DNA of 64,000 nucleotides from an uncultured Bacteroidota bacterium (lineage in GTDB: Bacteria; Bacteroidota; Bacteroidia; Chitinophagales; Chitinophagaceae). A program made the position numbers and the translations under genes. Numbering within the stretch: position 1 is the stretch's first letter; the number at the start of each line of letters is the position of its first letter. The notes below the pieces were generated by a model. That model was given only the letters and a program-made list of their open reading frames with translations, searched no databases and was not told the DNA's origin. The stretch covers positions 88,217 through 152,216 of the forward strand of contig CAVYTF010000018.1 of NCBI GenBank assembly GCA_963771435.1. The letters run 5' to 3'. Positions 28,303 to 37,126 of the stretch are shown piece after piece.

Positions 28303-30819
28303 TCAATTTGCCTTCACCATCTTCTTCGTATCGATCAACTTCCCGTCTATCAGCAAAGAATACTGGTACATACCCGCTGCCATTTCAGTGCCGCTGATAA
28401 TTTGCCTTCCATACCCGATGTTAGCAAGAGGATATGTTTTTAATGTATGCCCTGAAATATCAGTAACAATAAGAGCTGCATTGTGAGAACCCTGCGGAAT
28501 ATAATAGCTGACATACGAACTCCCGTTAAACGGGTTAGGCACATTCTGGTCAAGCCTCGGCTGGTCAGTAATTGCAGTTACCTGCTTATCACTTCCCGGC
28601 GCCTGCATAGACGAAGAAAAGCTATTACAGCACTGGCTCATCGCTGATTCTATTTGACTGATTTTTGCATTTACATTATCTAACTGTTGTTGTAGCGCTG
28701 TAACTGTGCTTTGCAATGGTTGCATAATGTTCTTCAACGAGTCTATCTGTTGTTGTTTATCGGTATTCGTAGCGCTCAACTCTTGTACTGCCTTCACCAG
28801 CGGCATCACAAACTCAGCATACCGCAAACCATACAAGTCTTTGCTGTTCTTAGCAGCATCAACGCCACTAAAGTTATAGTTCATTTCTTTTGCAACCTTT
28901 TCTACATCCTGCGCTATAAATCCTGTGTAAACAATTTGCTCTTTTGCACTGCGCGCAGCTAATTTCTGCTGTGTAGGTTGTATGACCTTCCCGTCCTTAT
29001 CTTTATGAACAGGCGGCTGTATTATTCTATCAGCAGCATCAAGGTCAAGGTTGTAAGTTATTGGCTGCAATTGGTTAATGAAAGCCAACCCTGGCACATT
29101 TTGCTGTATATTTTTCTTCACCCTGCCATCGCTTATATTGGTCCAGTTTGCATAGCCACCAATACTGGTCTGTTCGCCATCACCTATCCGTACCTGGTTG
29201 GTTGCAGTAATTATTGCGCCTGAGCCAAAGGAGCTTGCATCAGTAAACCCATCTGCATTTACGTCAGCGCCAAGACCATCCGCCGTGAGATTGACTCCTG
29301 TATAATTGTTTTCCAGGGCACTAGCTCCATTGGCCGTGTTACCACTTCCTGTAGTGTTGGATAAAAGGGCATAGTTCCCGGTTGCAGTATTCTGATAACT
29401 CGTAGTATTGGAGCTAAGGGCGCTACAACCATTTGCAGTATTCTGATAACCTGTAGTGTTAGCATAAAGAGCGTAATAACCGTTTGCAATGTTATTAAAC
29501 CCCGTAGTGTTATACTGAAGGGATTGTTGTCCATTTGCAGTGTTATTACTCCCTGTAGTGTTATAATAAAGGGCTTCAGCTCCATTGGCAGTATTATACT
29601 CCCCCTTAGTGTTATAATAAAGGGCTTCATAACCATTGGCAGTGTTGTCTTCCCCGGTAGTGTCGTAGTAAAGGGCTTTATAGCCATTTGCAGTGTTTTG
29701 AAACCCCGTAGTATTGGAATAAAGGGCATTAACTCCAGTCGCAGTGTTGTAACTTCCACTGGTGTTAGCAAAAAGGGCATACGCTCCATATGCAGCATTA
29801 TCATACCCCGACACATTTGAATAAAGAGATTGATAACCGTTTGCAGTGTTTTCAATTCCTGTGGTGTTGGCAGTAAGGGCTGCATATCCATTGGCAGTGT
29901 TGTAATTCCCGGTAGTGTTCGCAGCAAGTGCGTATGCCCCATTGGCTGCGTTATTTTTCCCTGACGCATTTACATAAAGAGACTGATAACCGTTTGCAGT
30001 GTTGTAACTCCCCGTGGTGTTGGAAGCAAGCGCCTGCATCCCATTGGCGGTATTGTTGCTCCCTGTGGTATTATGCAAAAGGGCAGCTCCCCCATTTGCA
30101 GTGTTACTGCTTCCTGTGGTGTTGAAATAAAGCGCTGTATATCCATTCGCCGTGTTTTCAATTCCCGTAGTGTTGGAAGTAAGCGCTGCATAACCATTTG
30201 CAGTATTGTCCCCCCCTGTTGTATTCAAATAAAGGGATTGATAACCGGTAGCTACATTGCCGGCCCCCGTTGTATTTGAGTACAAAGATTCATACCCCAC
30301 TGCCGTAAGATTGCTCACCGTGCTGTTAAAGAGCGTACCATACCCAACAGCAGTATTGTTGCTTCCGGTCACATTCGTATAAAGGGACTGACCGCCATTT
30401 GCAAGGTTATAACTGCCCGTTGTGTTATAATTAAGCGTTTGGCGCCCGATCCCTGTATTATATTGCCCGGTCGTGTTGTATTGCAATGTTGTAGCTCCGT
30501 TCGCAACGTTAAACGAACCCGTAAGGCTAACTCCCCCTAATGCAGCATATCCAAGTGCAGTATTTTCTATCGGTGGGTTACTGCCTGAAGCGTTTTGCAG
30601 GCACAGGTACCCGATGCCCGTATTATAATGGCTGCCCGTATAAGTACCCTCTACAATACCTCCCTTTCTGCCGTCAAGAACAAAGTTTAATGGAAATGCG
30701 TTGGTCGTCCCTAACACATTACCGCTAACAGCTGCATTGCCTGCCAGGCTCCAGCTTTGTGCATAAACAGTCTGCATTGCTATTAATAGCAGTGCTGCGA
30801 AGAATACAATTTTTCTCAT
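28303..30819 (-). CDS. T9SS-sorted fibre protein, paralog 2
   Basis: Start at MRKIVFFAALLLIAMQTVYA/QSW (ATG 30817-30819). Same architecture as paralog 1. The S74 Ser codon (SDGRVKKNI) is at 29131-29133 and the CTD is about 28306-28554. Confidence 0.85.
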   Translation of the reverse strand: MRKIVFFAALLLIAMQTVYAQSWSLAGNAAVSGNVLGTTNAFPLNFVLDGRKGGIVEGTYTGSHYNTGIGYLCLQNASGSNPPIENTALGYAALGGVSLTGSFNVANGATTLQYNTTGQYNTGIGRQTLNYNTTGSYNLANGGQSLYTNVTGSNNTAVGYGTLFNSTVSNLTAVGYESLYSNTTGAGNVATGYQSLYLNTTGGDNTANGYAALTSNTTGIENTANGYTALYFNTTGSSNTANGGAALLHNTTGSNNTANGMQALASNTTGSYNTANGYQSLYVNASGKNNAANGAYALAANTTGNYNTANGYAALTANTTGIENTANGYQSLYSNVSGYDNAAYGAYALFANTSGSYNTATGVNALYSNTTGFQNTANGYKALYYDTTGEDNTANGYEALYYNTKGEYNTANGAEALYYNTTGSNNTANGQQSLQYNTTGFNNIANGYYALYANTTGYQNTANGCSALSSNTTSYQNTATGNYALLSNTTGSGNTANGASALENNYTGVNLTADGLGADVNADGFTDASSFGSGAIITATNQVRIGDGEQTSIGGYANWTNISDGRVKKNIQQNVPGLAFINQLQPITYNLDLDAADRIIQPPVHKDKDGKVIQPTQQKLAARSAKEQIVYTGFIAQDVEKVAKEMNYNFSGVDAAKNSKDLYGLRYAEFVMPLVKAVQELSATNTDKQQQIDSLKNIMQPLQSTVTALQQQLDNVNAKISQIESAMSQCCNSFSSSMQAPGSDKQVTAITDQPRLDQNVPNPFNGSSYVSYYIPQGSHNAALIVTDISGHTLKTYPLANIGYGRQIISGTEMAAGMYQYSLLIDGKLIDTKKMVKAN

Positions 30820-30862
30820 GGCTTTTAATTTTTGAACAAGGTAGGGGATTTTTATTAACGAA

Positions 30863-30894
30863 ATAAAAAAAGCCACCCTTTCAGAATGGCTTTT
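30863..30894 (-). terminator. Rho-independent terminator of paralog 3
   Basis: AAAAGCCA-ttctgaaaggg-TGGCTTTT plus a T-run on the minus strand. Confidence 0.7.
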
Positions 30895-30927
30895 AATTCT
30901 CAATTCTCAATTTTCAATTATAACTTC

Positions 30928-33648
30928 TCAATTTGCCTTCACCATCTTCTTCGTATCGATCAGCCTCCCATCAATAAGCAAAGAATACTGGTACATTCCT
31001 GCCGCCATCTCGCTCCCGCTTATAACCTGCTTCCCGTATCCGCTGTTAGCAAGCGCAAACGTCTTCAATGTATGCCCCGAAATATCCACAACCATCAACT
31101 GTGCATTATGAAACCCTTGTGGAATATAATAGCTGATATACGAACTCCCGTTAAAAGGGTTCGGCACATTCTGGTCAAGTCTGGGCTGGTCTGTAATAGC
31201 CGTAACCTGTTTATCGCTAACCGGCGCCTGCATAGCCGAAGAGAAACTATTACAACACTGGCTCATAGCCGATTGCATTTGGGAAATAGTATTTTTTAGA
31301 TCGTTTAATTGTTGCTGTTGTGCATCAAGCTGTTCTTGTTGTGTATCAACCCTGGTATTCAAAGCTGTATTAGTTTGTTTCAGCGAATCATTCTTCACAC
31401 TCAACTCCTGCACTGCCTTCACCAGCGGCACCACAAACTCAGCATACCGCAAACCATACAGATCCTTACTATTCTTTGCAGCATCAACGCCGCTAAAATT
31501 GTAATTCATACCCTTTGCTGCTTTCTCTACATCCTGCGCTATAAACCCGGTATAAACAATTTGCTCTTTTGCAGTACGCGCAGCTAATTGTTCCTGTGTT
31601 GGCTGTATAACATTTCCTTTAGCATCTTTATGAACATGAGGCTGCACTATCTTGTCCGCAGCATCAAGGTTAAGATTATAAGTAACTGGTTGCAATTGGT
31701 TAATGAATGCAAGCCCCGGTACATTTTGTTGTATATTTTTCTTTACCCTGCCATCACTTATATTGCTCCAACCTACATAACCGCCAATACTGGTCTGGTC
31801 TTCATCCCCAATTACTGTAGAGTAACTTGCTGTAAGATATGCTTGGTAGCCAAAGGCGCTTGCATCAACAAATCCACCTGCATTTACGTCAGCCTCAAAA
31901 CCCACCGCTGTTAGACTATTCCCTGCAATGTTTGAATAAAGGGCTTCAAGTCCATTTGCAGTGTTATAATACCCCGTAGTGTTTTGAGCAAGGGCTAATT
32001 CCCCGTTTGCAGCATTCTGATAACCCGTAGTGTTGAAAGATAGGGCGCTATTACCATTGGCAGTATTATCACTTCCTGTGGTATTGGCAGATAGGGCGTT
32101 ATAACCATCGGCAGTATTATGCCCACCAATAGTATTTGCATAGAGTGTGAGAACACCATTTGCAGTATTATAAGCTCCTATAGTATTATCCTGAAGGGAT
32201 TGTTGTCCATTCGCAGTGTTATTACTCCCCGTAGTGTTATAATAAAGGGCATCAGCTCCATTGGCAGTATTATACTCCCCCGTAGTGTTATAATAAAGGG
32301 CTTCATACCCATTGGCAGTATTGTTCTCCCCCGTAGTATCGTAGTAAAGGGCTTTATAGCCATTTGCAGTATTTTGAAACCCCGTAGTGTTGAAATAAAG
32401 GGCTTCATAACCATTTGCAGTGTTTTGACCCCCCGTGTTATTATAGTAAAGGGCAGCATACCCGCTTGCAGTATTGGCAGTTCCCGTAGTGTTGAAATAT
32501 AGGGCATATATTCCATTTGCGGTATTATTATTCCCTGTCGTATTAAGATAAAGGGCTTGCATCCCGGTTGCAGTGTTGTTGTTTCCCGTCGTATTAGTAA
32601 AAAGAGCTTTATATCCATTTGCAGTGTTGAAGCTCCCCGTAGTGTTGACAGAAAGGGCATAGGCTCCATTGGCAGCGTTATTGCCTCCCGTGGTGTTGGC
32701 AGAAAGGGCATCATACCCATTTGCAGTGTTGTAACTCCCCGTGGTGTTCGCAGCAAGGGCATACGCTCCATTGGCAGCGTTATCATTCCCTGACGCATTT
32801 GTATAAAGAGATTGATAACCGTTTGCGGTATTGTAATTCCCCGTGGTGTTGAAAGCAAGCGCCTGCATCCCATTGCCAGTATTATTGCTTCCCGTGGTAT
32901 TATGCAAAAGGGCGGATACCCCATTTGCAGTATTGCTGCTTCCCGTAGTGTTGAAATAAAGCGCAGATACCCCATTTGCAGTATTACTGCTTCCGGTAGT
33001 GTTGGCATATAGGGCTAAATAACCATTTGCAGTGTTATCCCCTCCAGTTGTATTCAAATAAAGGGATTGATAACCTGTAGCCACATTACCCGTACCAGTC
33101 GTATTCGAATACAACGATTCATACCCTACCGCCGTAAGATTGCTCACCGTGCTGTTAAAGAGCGTACCATACCCAACAGCAGTATTGTTGCTTCCGGTCA
33201 CATTCGTATAAAGGGACTGCCCGCCATTTGCAAGGTTATAACTACCGGTCGTGTTATAATTAAGCGTTTGGCGCCCGATCCCGGTATTGTATTGCCCGGT
33301 CGTGTTGTATTGCAATGTTGTAGCTCCGTTCGCAACGTTAAACGAACCTGTAAGGCTAACTCCCCCTAATGCAGCATATCCAAGTGCAGTATTTTCTATC
33401 GGTGGGTTACTGCCTGAAGCGTTTTGCAGGCACAGGTACCCGATGCCCGTATTATAATGGCTGCCCGTATAAGTACCCTCTACAATACCTCCCTTCCTTC
33501 CGTCAAGAACAAAGTTTAATGGAAAGGCGTTGGTCGTCCCTAACACATTACCGCTAACAGCCGCATTACCTGTCAGGCTCCAGCTCTGTGCATGCACAGT
33601 CTGCATTGCTATTAATAGCAGTGCTGCGAAGAATACAATTTTTCTCAT
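30928..33648 (-). CDS. T9SS-sorted fibre protein, paralog 3 (longest, ~906 aa)
   Basis: Start at MRKIVFFAALLLIAMQTVHA/QSW (ATG 33646-33648). Same architecture as the other paralogs. Confidence 0.85.
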   Translation of the reverse strand: MRKIVFFAALLLIAMQTVHAQSWSLTGNAAVSGNVLGTTNAFPLNFVLDGRKGGIVEGTYTGSHYNTGIGYLCLQNASGSNPPIENTALGYAALGGVSLTGSFNVANGATTLQYNTTGQYNTGIGRQTLNYNTTGSYNLANGGQSLYTNVTGSNNTAVGYGTLFNSTVSNLTAVGYESLYSNTTGTGNVATGYQSLYLNTTGGDNTANGYLALYANTTGSSNTANGVSALYFNTTGSSNTANGVSALLHNTTGSNNTGNGMQALAFNTTGNYNTANGYQSLYTNASGNDNAANGAYALAANTTGSYNTANGYDALSANTTGGNNAANGAYALSVNTTGSFNTANGYKALFTNTTGNNNTATGMQALYLNTTGNNNTANGIYALYFNTTGTANTASGYAALYYNNTGGQNTANGYEALYFNTTGFQNTANGYKALYYDTTGENNTANGYEALYYNTTGEYNTANGADALYYNTTGSNNTANGQQSLQDNTIGAYNTANGVLTLYANTIGGHNTADGYNALSANTTGSDNTANGNSALSFNTTGYQNAANGELALAQNTTGYYNTANGLEALYSNIAGNSLTAVGFEADVNAGGFVDASAFGYQAYLTASYSTVIGDEDQTSIGGYVGWSNISDGRVKKNIQQNVPGLAFINQLQPVTYNLNLDAADKIVQPHVHKDAKGNVIQPTQEQLAARTAKEQIVYTGFIAQDVEKAAKGMNYNFSGVDAAKNSKDLYGLRYAEFVVPLVKAVQELSVKNDSLKQTNTALNTRVDTQQEQLDAQQQQLNDLKNTISQMQSAMSQCCNSFSSAMQAPVSDKQVTAITDQPRLDQNVPNPFNGSSYISYYIPQGFHNAQLMVVDISGHTLKTFALANSGYGKQVISGSEMAAGMYQYSLLIDGRLIDTKKMVKAN

Positions 33649-33693
33649 GGCTTTTAATTTTTGAACAAGGTAGGGGATTTTTATTAACGAAAT

Positions 33694-33723
33694 AAAAAAA
33701 GCCATCCTTTCAGAATGGCTTTC
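33694..33723 (-). terminator. Rho-independent terminator of paralog 4
   Basis: AAAGCCAT-tctgaaagg-ATGGCTTT plus T7 on the minus strand. Confidence 0.75.
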
Positions 33724-33749
33724 AATTCTCAATTTTCAATTATAACTTC

Positions 33750-36005
33750 TCAATTTGCCTTCACCATCTTCTTCGTATCTATCAGCTTCCCATCAATAAG
33801 CAAAGAATACTGGTACATTCCTGCCGCCATCTCGCTTCCGCTGATAACCTGCTTCCCGTATCCGCTGTTAGCAAGCGCAAACGTCTTCAATGTATGCCCC
33901 GAAATATCCACCACCATCAACTGTGCACTATGAAACCCTTGTGGAATATAATAACTGATATACGAACTCCCGTTAAAAGGATTAGGCACATTCTGGTCAA
34001 GCTTTGGTTGGTCAGAGATATTGCTGACTGCTGACTGCATTCCTGAAGAAAAACTATTGCAGCACTGGCTCATTGCCGATTGCATCTGTGCAACAGTGCT
34101 CTTAAGATCATTTAACTGCTGTTGAAGGGTATCGATCTTTGCATCTTTCACCTCATTTATAGCAGATAACTCCTGCACTGCCTTCACCAGCGGCACCACA
34201 AACTCAGCATACCTCAAACCATACAGATCCTTACTGTTCTTTGCAGCATCAACACCACTAAAGTTATAGCTTACTTTTTGCGCTGCTTTCTCCACATCCT
34301 GTGCTATAAAGCCTGTATAAACAATTTGCTCTTTAGCACTGCGCGCAGCCAATTGTTCCTGTGTTGGCTGTATGGTATTGCCTTTAGCATCTTTATGAAC
34401 AGGCGGTTCTACTATCTTGTCCGCAGCATCAAGGTTAAGATTATAAGTAACTGGTTGCAATTGGTTAATAAATGTCAATCCCGGCACATTTTGTAGTATA
34501 TTCTTCTTCACTCTGCCATCACTTATATTGGTCCAGTTTGCATAACCGCCGATACTGGTGATCTGATTATCCCCAATGCGTACCTGGTAACTTGCTGTGG
34601 CAAGTGCATCGTAGCCAAAAGCGCCGGCATCAGTATAACTGGTATCATTTACATTAGCATTATACCCATCGCCGGTGTTATTACTGCCAGAAGTGTTGTA
34701 ATTAAGCGCGCTACCGCCATTTGCAGTGTTATAAATCCCCCTGGTGTTGAATTCAAGGGCGCCCTCTCCATGGGCAGTATTGTAGCCTCCCGTGGTGTTG
34801 AACTGGAGAGCCCCATTTCCATTGGCAGTATTTGAGTTCCCTGTAGTATTATCATAAAGGGCCTCGTTCCCGTTTGCTGTGTTATAATTCCCCGTGCTAT
34901 TGTAACCAAGAGAGTAGGCCCCTGTTGCGGTATTGTAACCTCCCGTGGTGTTCGTGCCCAGGGAAGACACCCCATTTGCAGTATTTTGAGTTCCTGTGGT
35001 GTTGTAATATAGGGCCTCGTTCCCGTTTGCTGTGTTATTACTTCCCGTAGTGTTGTATGCGAGGGCAGACTCCCCGTTGGCAGTGTTTTCGTTTCCTGTA
35101 GTGTTGTTAACAAGAGCCAGGTGTCCATTTGCAGTGTTATAATTACCCGTGGTATTAGACAAAAGCGCAAAATATCCGTTTCCGGTATTGTAACTCCCCG
35201 TGGTGTTATAATAAAGGGCGCTATACCCATCTGCAGTGTTATCATTTCCCGTGGTGTTGGAATACAGCGATTGATAAGCGGTAGCTGCATTATAACTCCC
35301 CGTGGTATTGAAATAAAGGGTCTGGTAACCGGTAGCTGCATTATAACTCCCCGTTGTGTTGCTATAAAGGGCCTTGTTCCCGTTTGCAGTATTTTGATAG
35401 CCTGTAGTATTAAAATAAAGAGATTGATAACCGGTAGCCACATTCCCTGTACCTGTTGTATTTGAATACAGCGCCTCATACCCCACTGCCGTAAGATTGC
35501 TCACCGTGCTGCTATACAGCGTACCGTACCCAACAGCAGTATTGTTGCTGCCGGTCACATTCGTATAAAGGGACTGACCGCCATTTGCAAGGTTATAACT
35601 GCCCGTCGTGTTATAATTAAGCGTTTGGCGCCCGATCCCGGTATTGTATTGCCCTGTCGTGTTGTATTGCAATGTTGTAGCTCCGTTCGCAACATTAAAC
35701 GAACCCGTAAGGCTAATTCCCCCTAATGCAGCATATCCAAGTGCGGTATTTTCTATCGGTGGGTTACTGCCTGAAGCGTTTTGCAGGCATAGGAACCCGA
35801 TACCCGTATTATAATGGCTGCCTGTATAAGTACCCTCAACAATACCCCCTTTCCTGCCGTCAAGAATAAAGTTTAATGGAAAAGCATTGGTAGTGCCCAA
35901 AACATTACCGCTAACAGCTGCATTGCCTGCCAGGCTCCAGCTTTGTGCATGTGCAGCCTGTATCATAATTAGAAACACCGCTGTAAAGAAGATGTTTTTT
36001 TTCAT
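33750..36005 (-). CDS. T9SS-sorted fibre protein, paralog 4 (shortest, 751 aa)
   Basis: MKKNIFFTAVFLIMIQAAHA/QSW. Same N-terminal module, repeats, S74 signature (SDGRVKKNILQNVPGLTFINQLQPVTYNLN), coiled coil and CTD. Confidence 0.85.
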   Translation of the reverse strand: MKKNIFFTAVFLIMIQAAHAQSWSLAGNAAVSGNVLGTTNAFPLNFILDGRKGGIVEGTYTGSHYNTGIGFLCLQNASGSNPPIENTALGYAALGGISLTGSFNVANGATTLQYNTTGQYNTGIGRQTLNYNTTGSYNLANGGQSLYTNVTGSNNTAVGYGTLYSSTVSNLTAVGYEALYSNTTGTGNVATGYQSLYFNTTGYQNTANGNKALYSNTTGSYNAATGYQTLYFNTTGSYNAATAYQSLYSNTTGNDNTADGYSALYYNTTGSYNTGNGYFALLSNTTGNYNTANGHLALVNNTTGNENTANGESALAYNTTGSNNTANGNEALYYNTTGTQNTANGVSSLGTNTTGGYNTATGAYSLGYNSTGNYNTANGNEALYDNTTGNSNTANGNGALQFNTTGGYNTAHGEGALEFNTRGIYNTANGGSALNYNTSGSNNTGDGYNANVNDTSYTDAGAFGYDALATASYQVRIGDNQITSIGGYANWTNISDGRVKKNILQNVPGLTFINQLQPVTYNLNLDAADKIVEPPVHKDAKGNTIQPTQEQLAARSAKEQIVYTGFIAQDVEKAAQKVSYNFSGVDAAKNSKDLYGLRYAEFVVPLVKAVQELSAINEVKDAKIDTLQQQLNDLKSTVAQMQSAMSQCCNSFSSGMQSAVSNISDQPKLDQNVPNPFNGSSYISYYIPQGFHSAQLMVVDISGHTLKTFALANSGYGKQVISGSEMAAGMYQYSLLIDGKLIDTKKMVKAN

Positions 36006-36176
36006 ATTTAATATTTTTTATAATGGGGAATACAGGATAAGAGAAACATTGCTTTTTTGCAATGCCTTAACAATACTAAGCGCTTTATTACTATGAAACA
36101 AATTTTCTTCTTCGCAATATCTCATAACATAGCGTTCGCATAGGAAGGGCATCGCAGTTAATTCAACCATTAACCA

Positions 36177-36420
36177 TTTTCCTATCGAAGGGTGGGACAC
36201 CCATCGAAATTTTCCTATCGATGGGTGTCCCCACCCATCGAAATTTCCTATCGGTGGCAATTGAGCCTAACCGATCAACCATTCAACTAAATATAATTGA
36301 ACGAGCTTTCCTATCGGTGGGTGTCCCACCCATCGAAATGATTTTTTTGCTTTCTGCGCTTTAGAGCCAATTGAGTCTAACCGGTCAACCATTCAACTAA
36401 ATATAATTGAACGAGCTTTG
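36177..36420. repeat. Cluster of 34-bp palindromic units plus a ~54-bp direct repeat
   Basis: TTCCTATCGATGGGTG-tcc-CACCCATCGAAAT-type hairpin units lie at about 36177, 36211, 36245 (interrupted) and 36307. The direct repeat CAATTGAG(C/T)CTAACCG(A/G)TCAACCATTCAACTAAATATAATTGAACGAGCTTT lies at 36259-36310 and 36368-36419. Confidence 0.85.
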
Positions 36421-36439
36421 TCGCAACACGAACCGCAAT

Positions 36440-36901
36440 ATGCTGCAACAACTCATCAGGCGCCAGGTCATAAAAAGCGACATCAAGACCATTTGGTCTT
36501 TTATCAGTTCCCCAAAAAACCTCGCTGCGATAACACCACCAAACATCGGCTTTAGCATACTCAACCAGGCAAACCCCTTAGAAAAAGTGTACGCAGGGCA
36601 GCTTATCCAGTACCATATTTCCCCGCTGCTGAACATTAAGCTATATTGGGTAACCGAAATAACCCACGTCAGAGAAAACGATTATTTTATTGATGAGCAG
36701 CGCTTTGGCCCCTATAAATTTTGGCACCACCAGCATTTTTTAAAACAAGTCAACGGAGGAGTAGAAATGACCGATATAGTACATTACAAACCCCCCTTCG
36801 GCCCAATAGGAACAATTGCAAACAACCTCTTCATCAAAAAACAACTAAAACACATATTTGATTATCGTTATGAAAAGATAGAGGAACTCTTTAATAAATA
36901 A
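36440..36901 (+). CDS. SRPBCC-superfamily (START/polyketide-cyclase-like) ligand-binding protein
   Basis: ATG at 36440; the ORF is open from TTG 36407. Contains ...IWSFISSPKNLAAITPP...YWVTEITHV...FIDEQRFGPYKFWHHQHFL..., typical of this family. Confidence 0.65.
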   Translation: MLQQLIRRQVIKSDIKTIWSFISSPKNLAAITPPNIGFSILNQANPLEKVYAGQLIQYHISPLLNIKLYWVTEITHVRENDYFIDEQRFGPYKFWHHQHFLKQVNGGVEMTDIVHYKPPFGPIGTIANNLFIKKQLKHIFDYRYEKIEELFNK

Positions 36902-37027
36902 TGGTTGTCAACAAGCTTATATTTTTTTATAAAACAAATTCTCAGTAATTTTCAGTTTTTCTCTGATGCCCCTTTTTTAAAGCACAAACTATATATCTTT
37001 TTCTCATTTTATCCTCAAAGAATCACC

Positions 37028-37126
37028 CTTATAGAGACAATATAGAGACCTTATAGAGACTTTATAGAGACCTTACTCCCACTCAAAGCCCACTCAATGT
37101 CCACCTAAAGCCCACTCAAAGCTATA
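37028..37126. repeat. 11-bp-register tandem array (9 units)
   Basis: The units are CTTATAGAGAC, AATATAGAGAC, CTTATAGAGAC, TTTATAGAGAC, CTTACTCCCAC, TCAAAGCCCAC, TCAATGTCCAC, CTAAAGCCCAC, TCAAAGCTATA. Each is exactly 11 bp. Confidence 0.9.

Noticed and set aside
29259-29969. Long alternative-frame and antisense ORFs inside the fibre genes. Examples are 29259..29969, 32178..33008, 34649..35479, 27092..27418 and several plus-strand ORFs of 60-127 aa.
   Set aside because: They lie entirely within the 51-bp-periodic repeat cores of the fibre genes, where the lack of stops is a by-product of the repeat composition. The main frame carries the signal peptide, S74 and CTD signatures.
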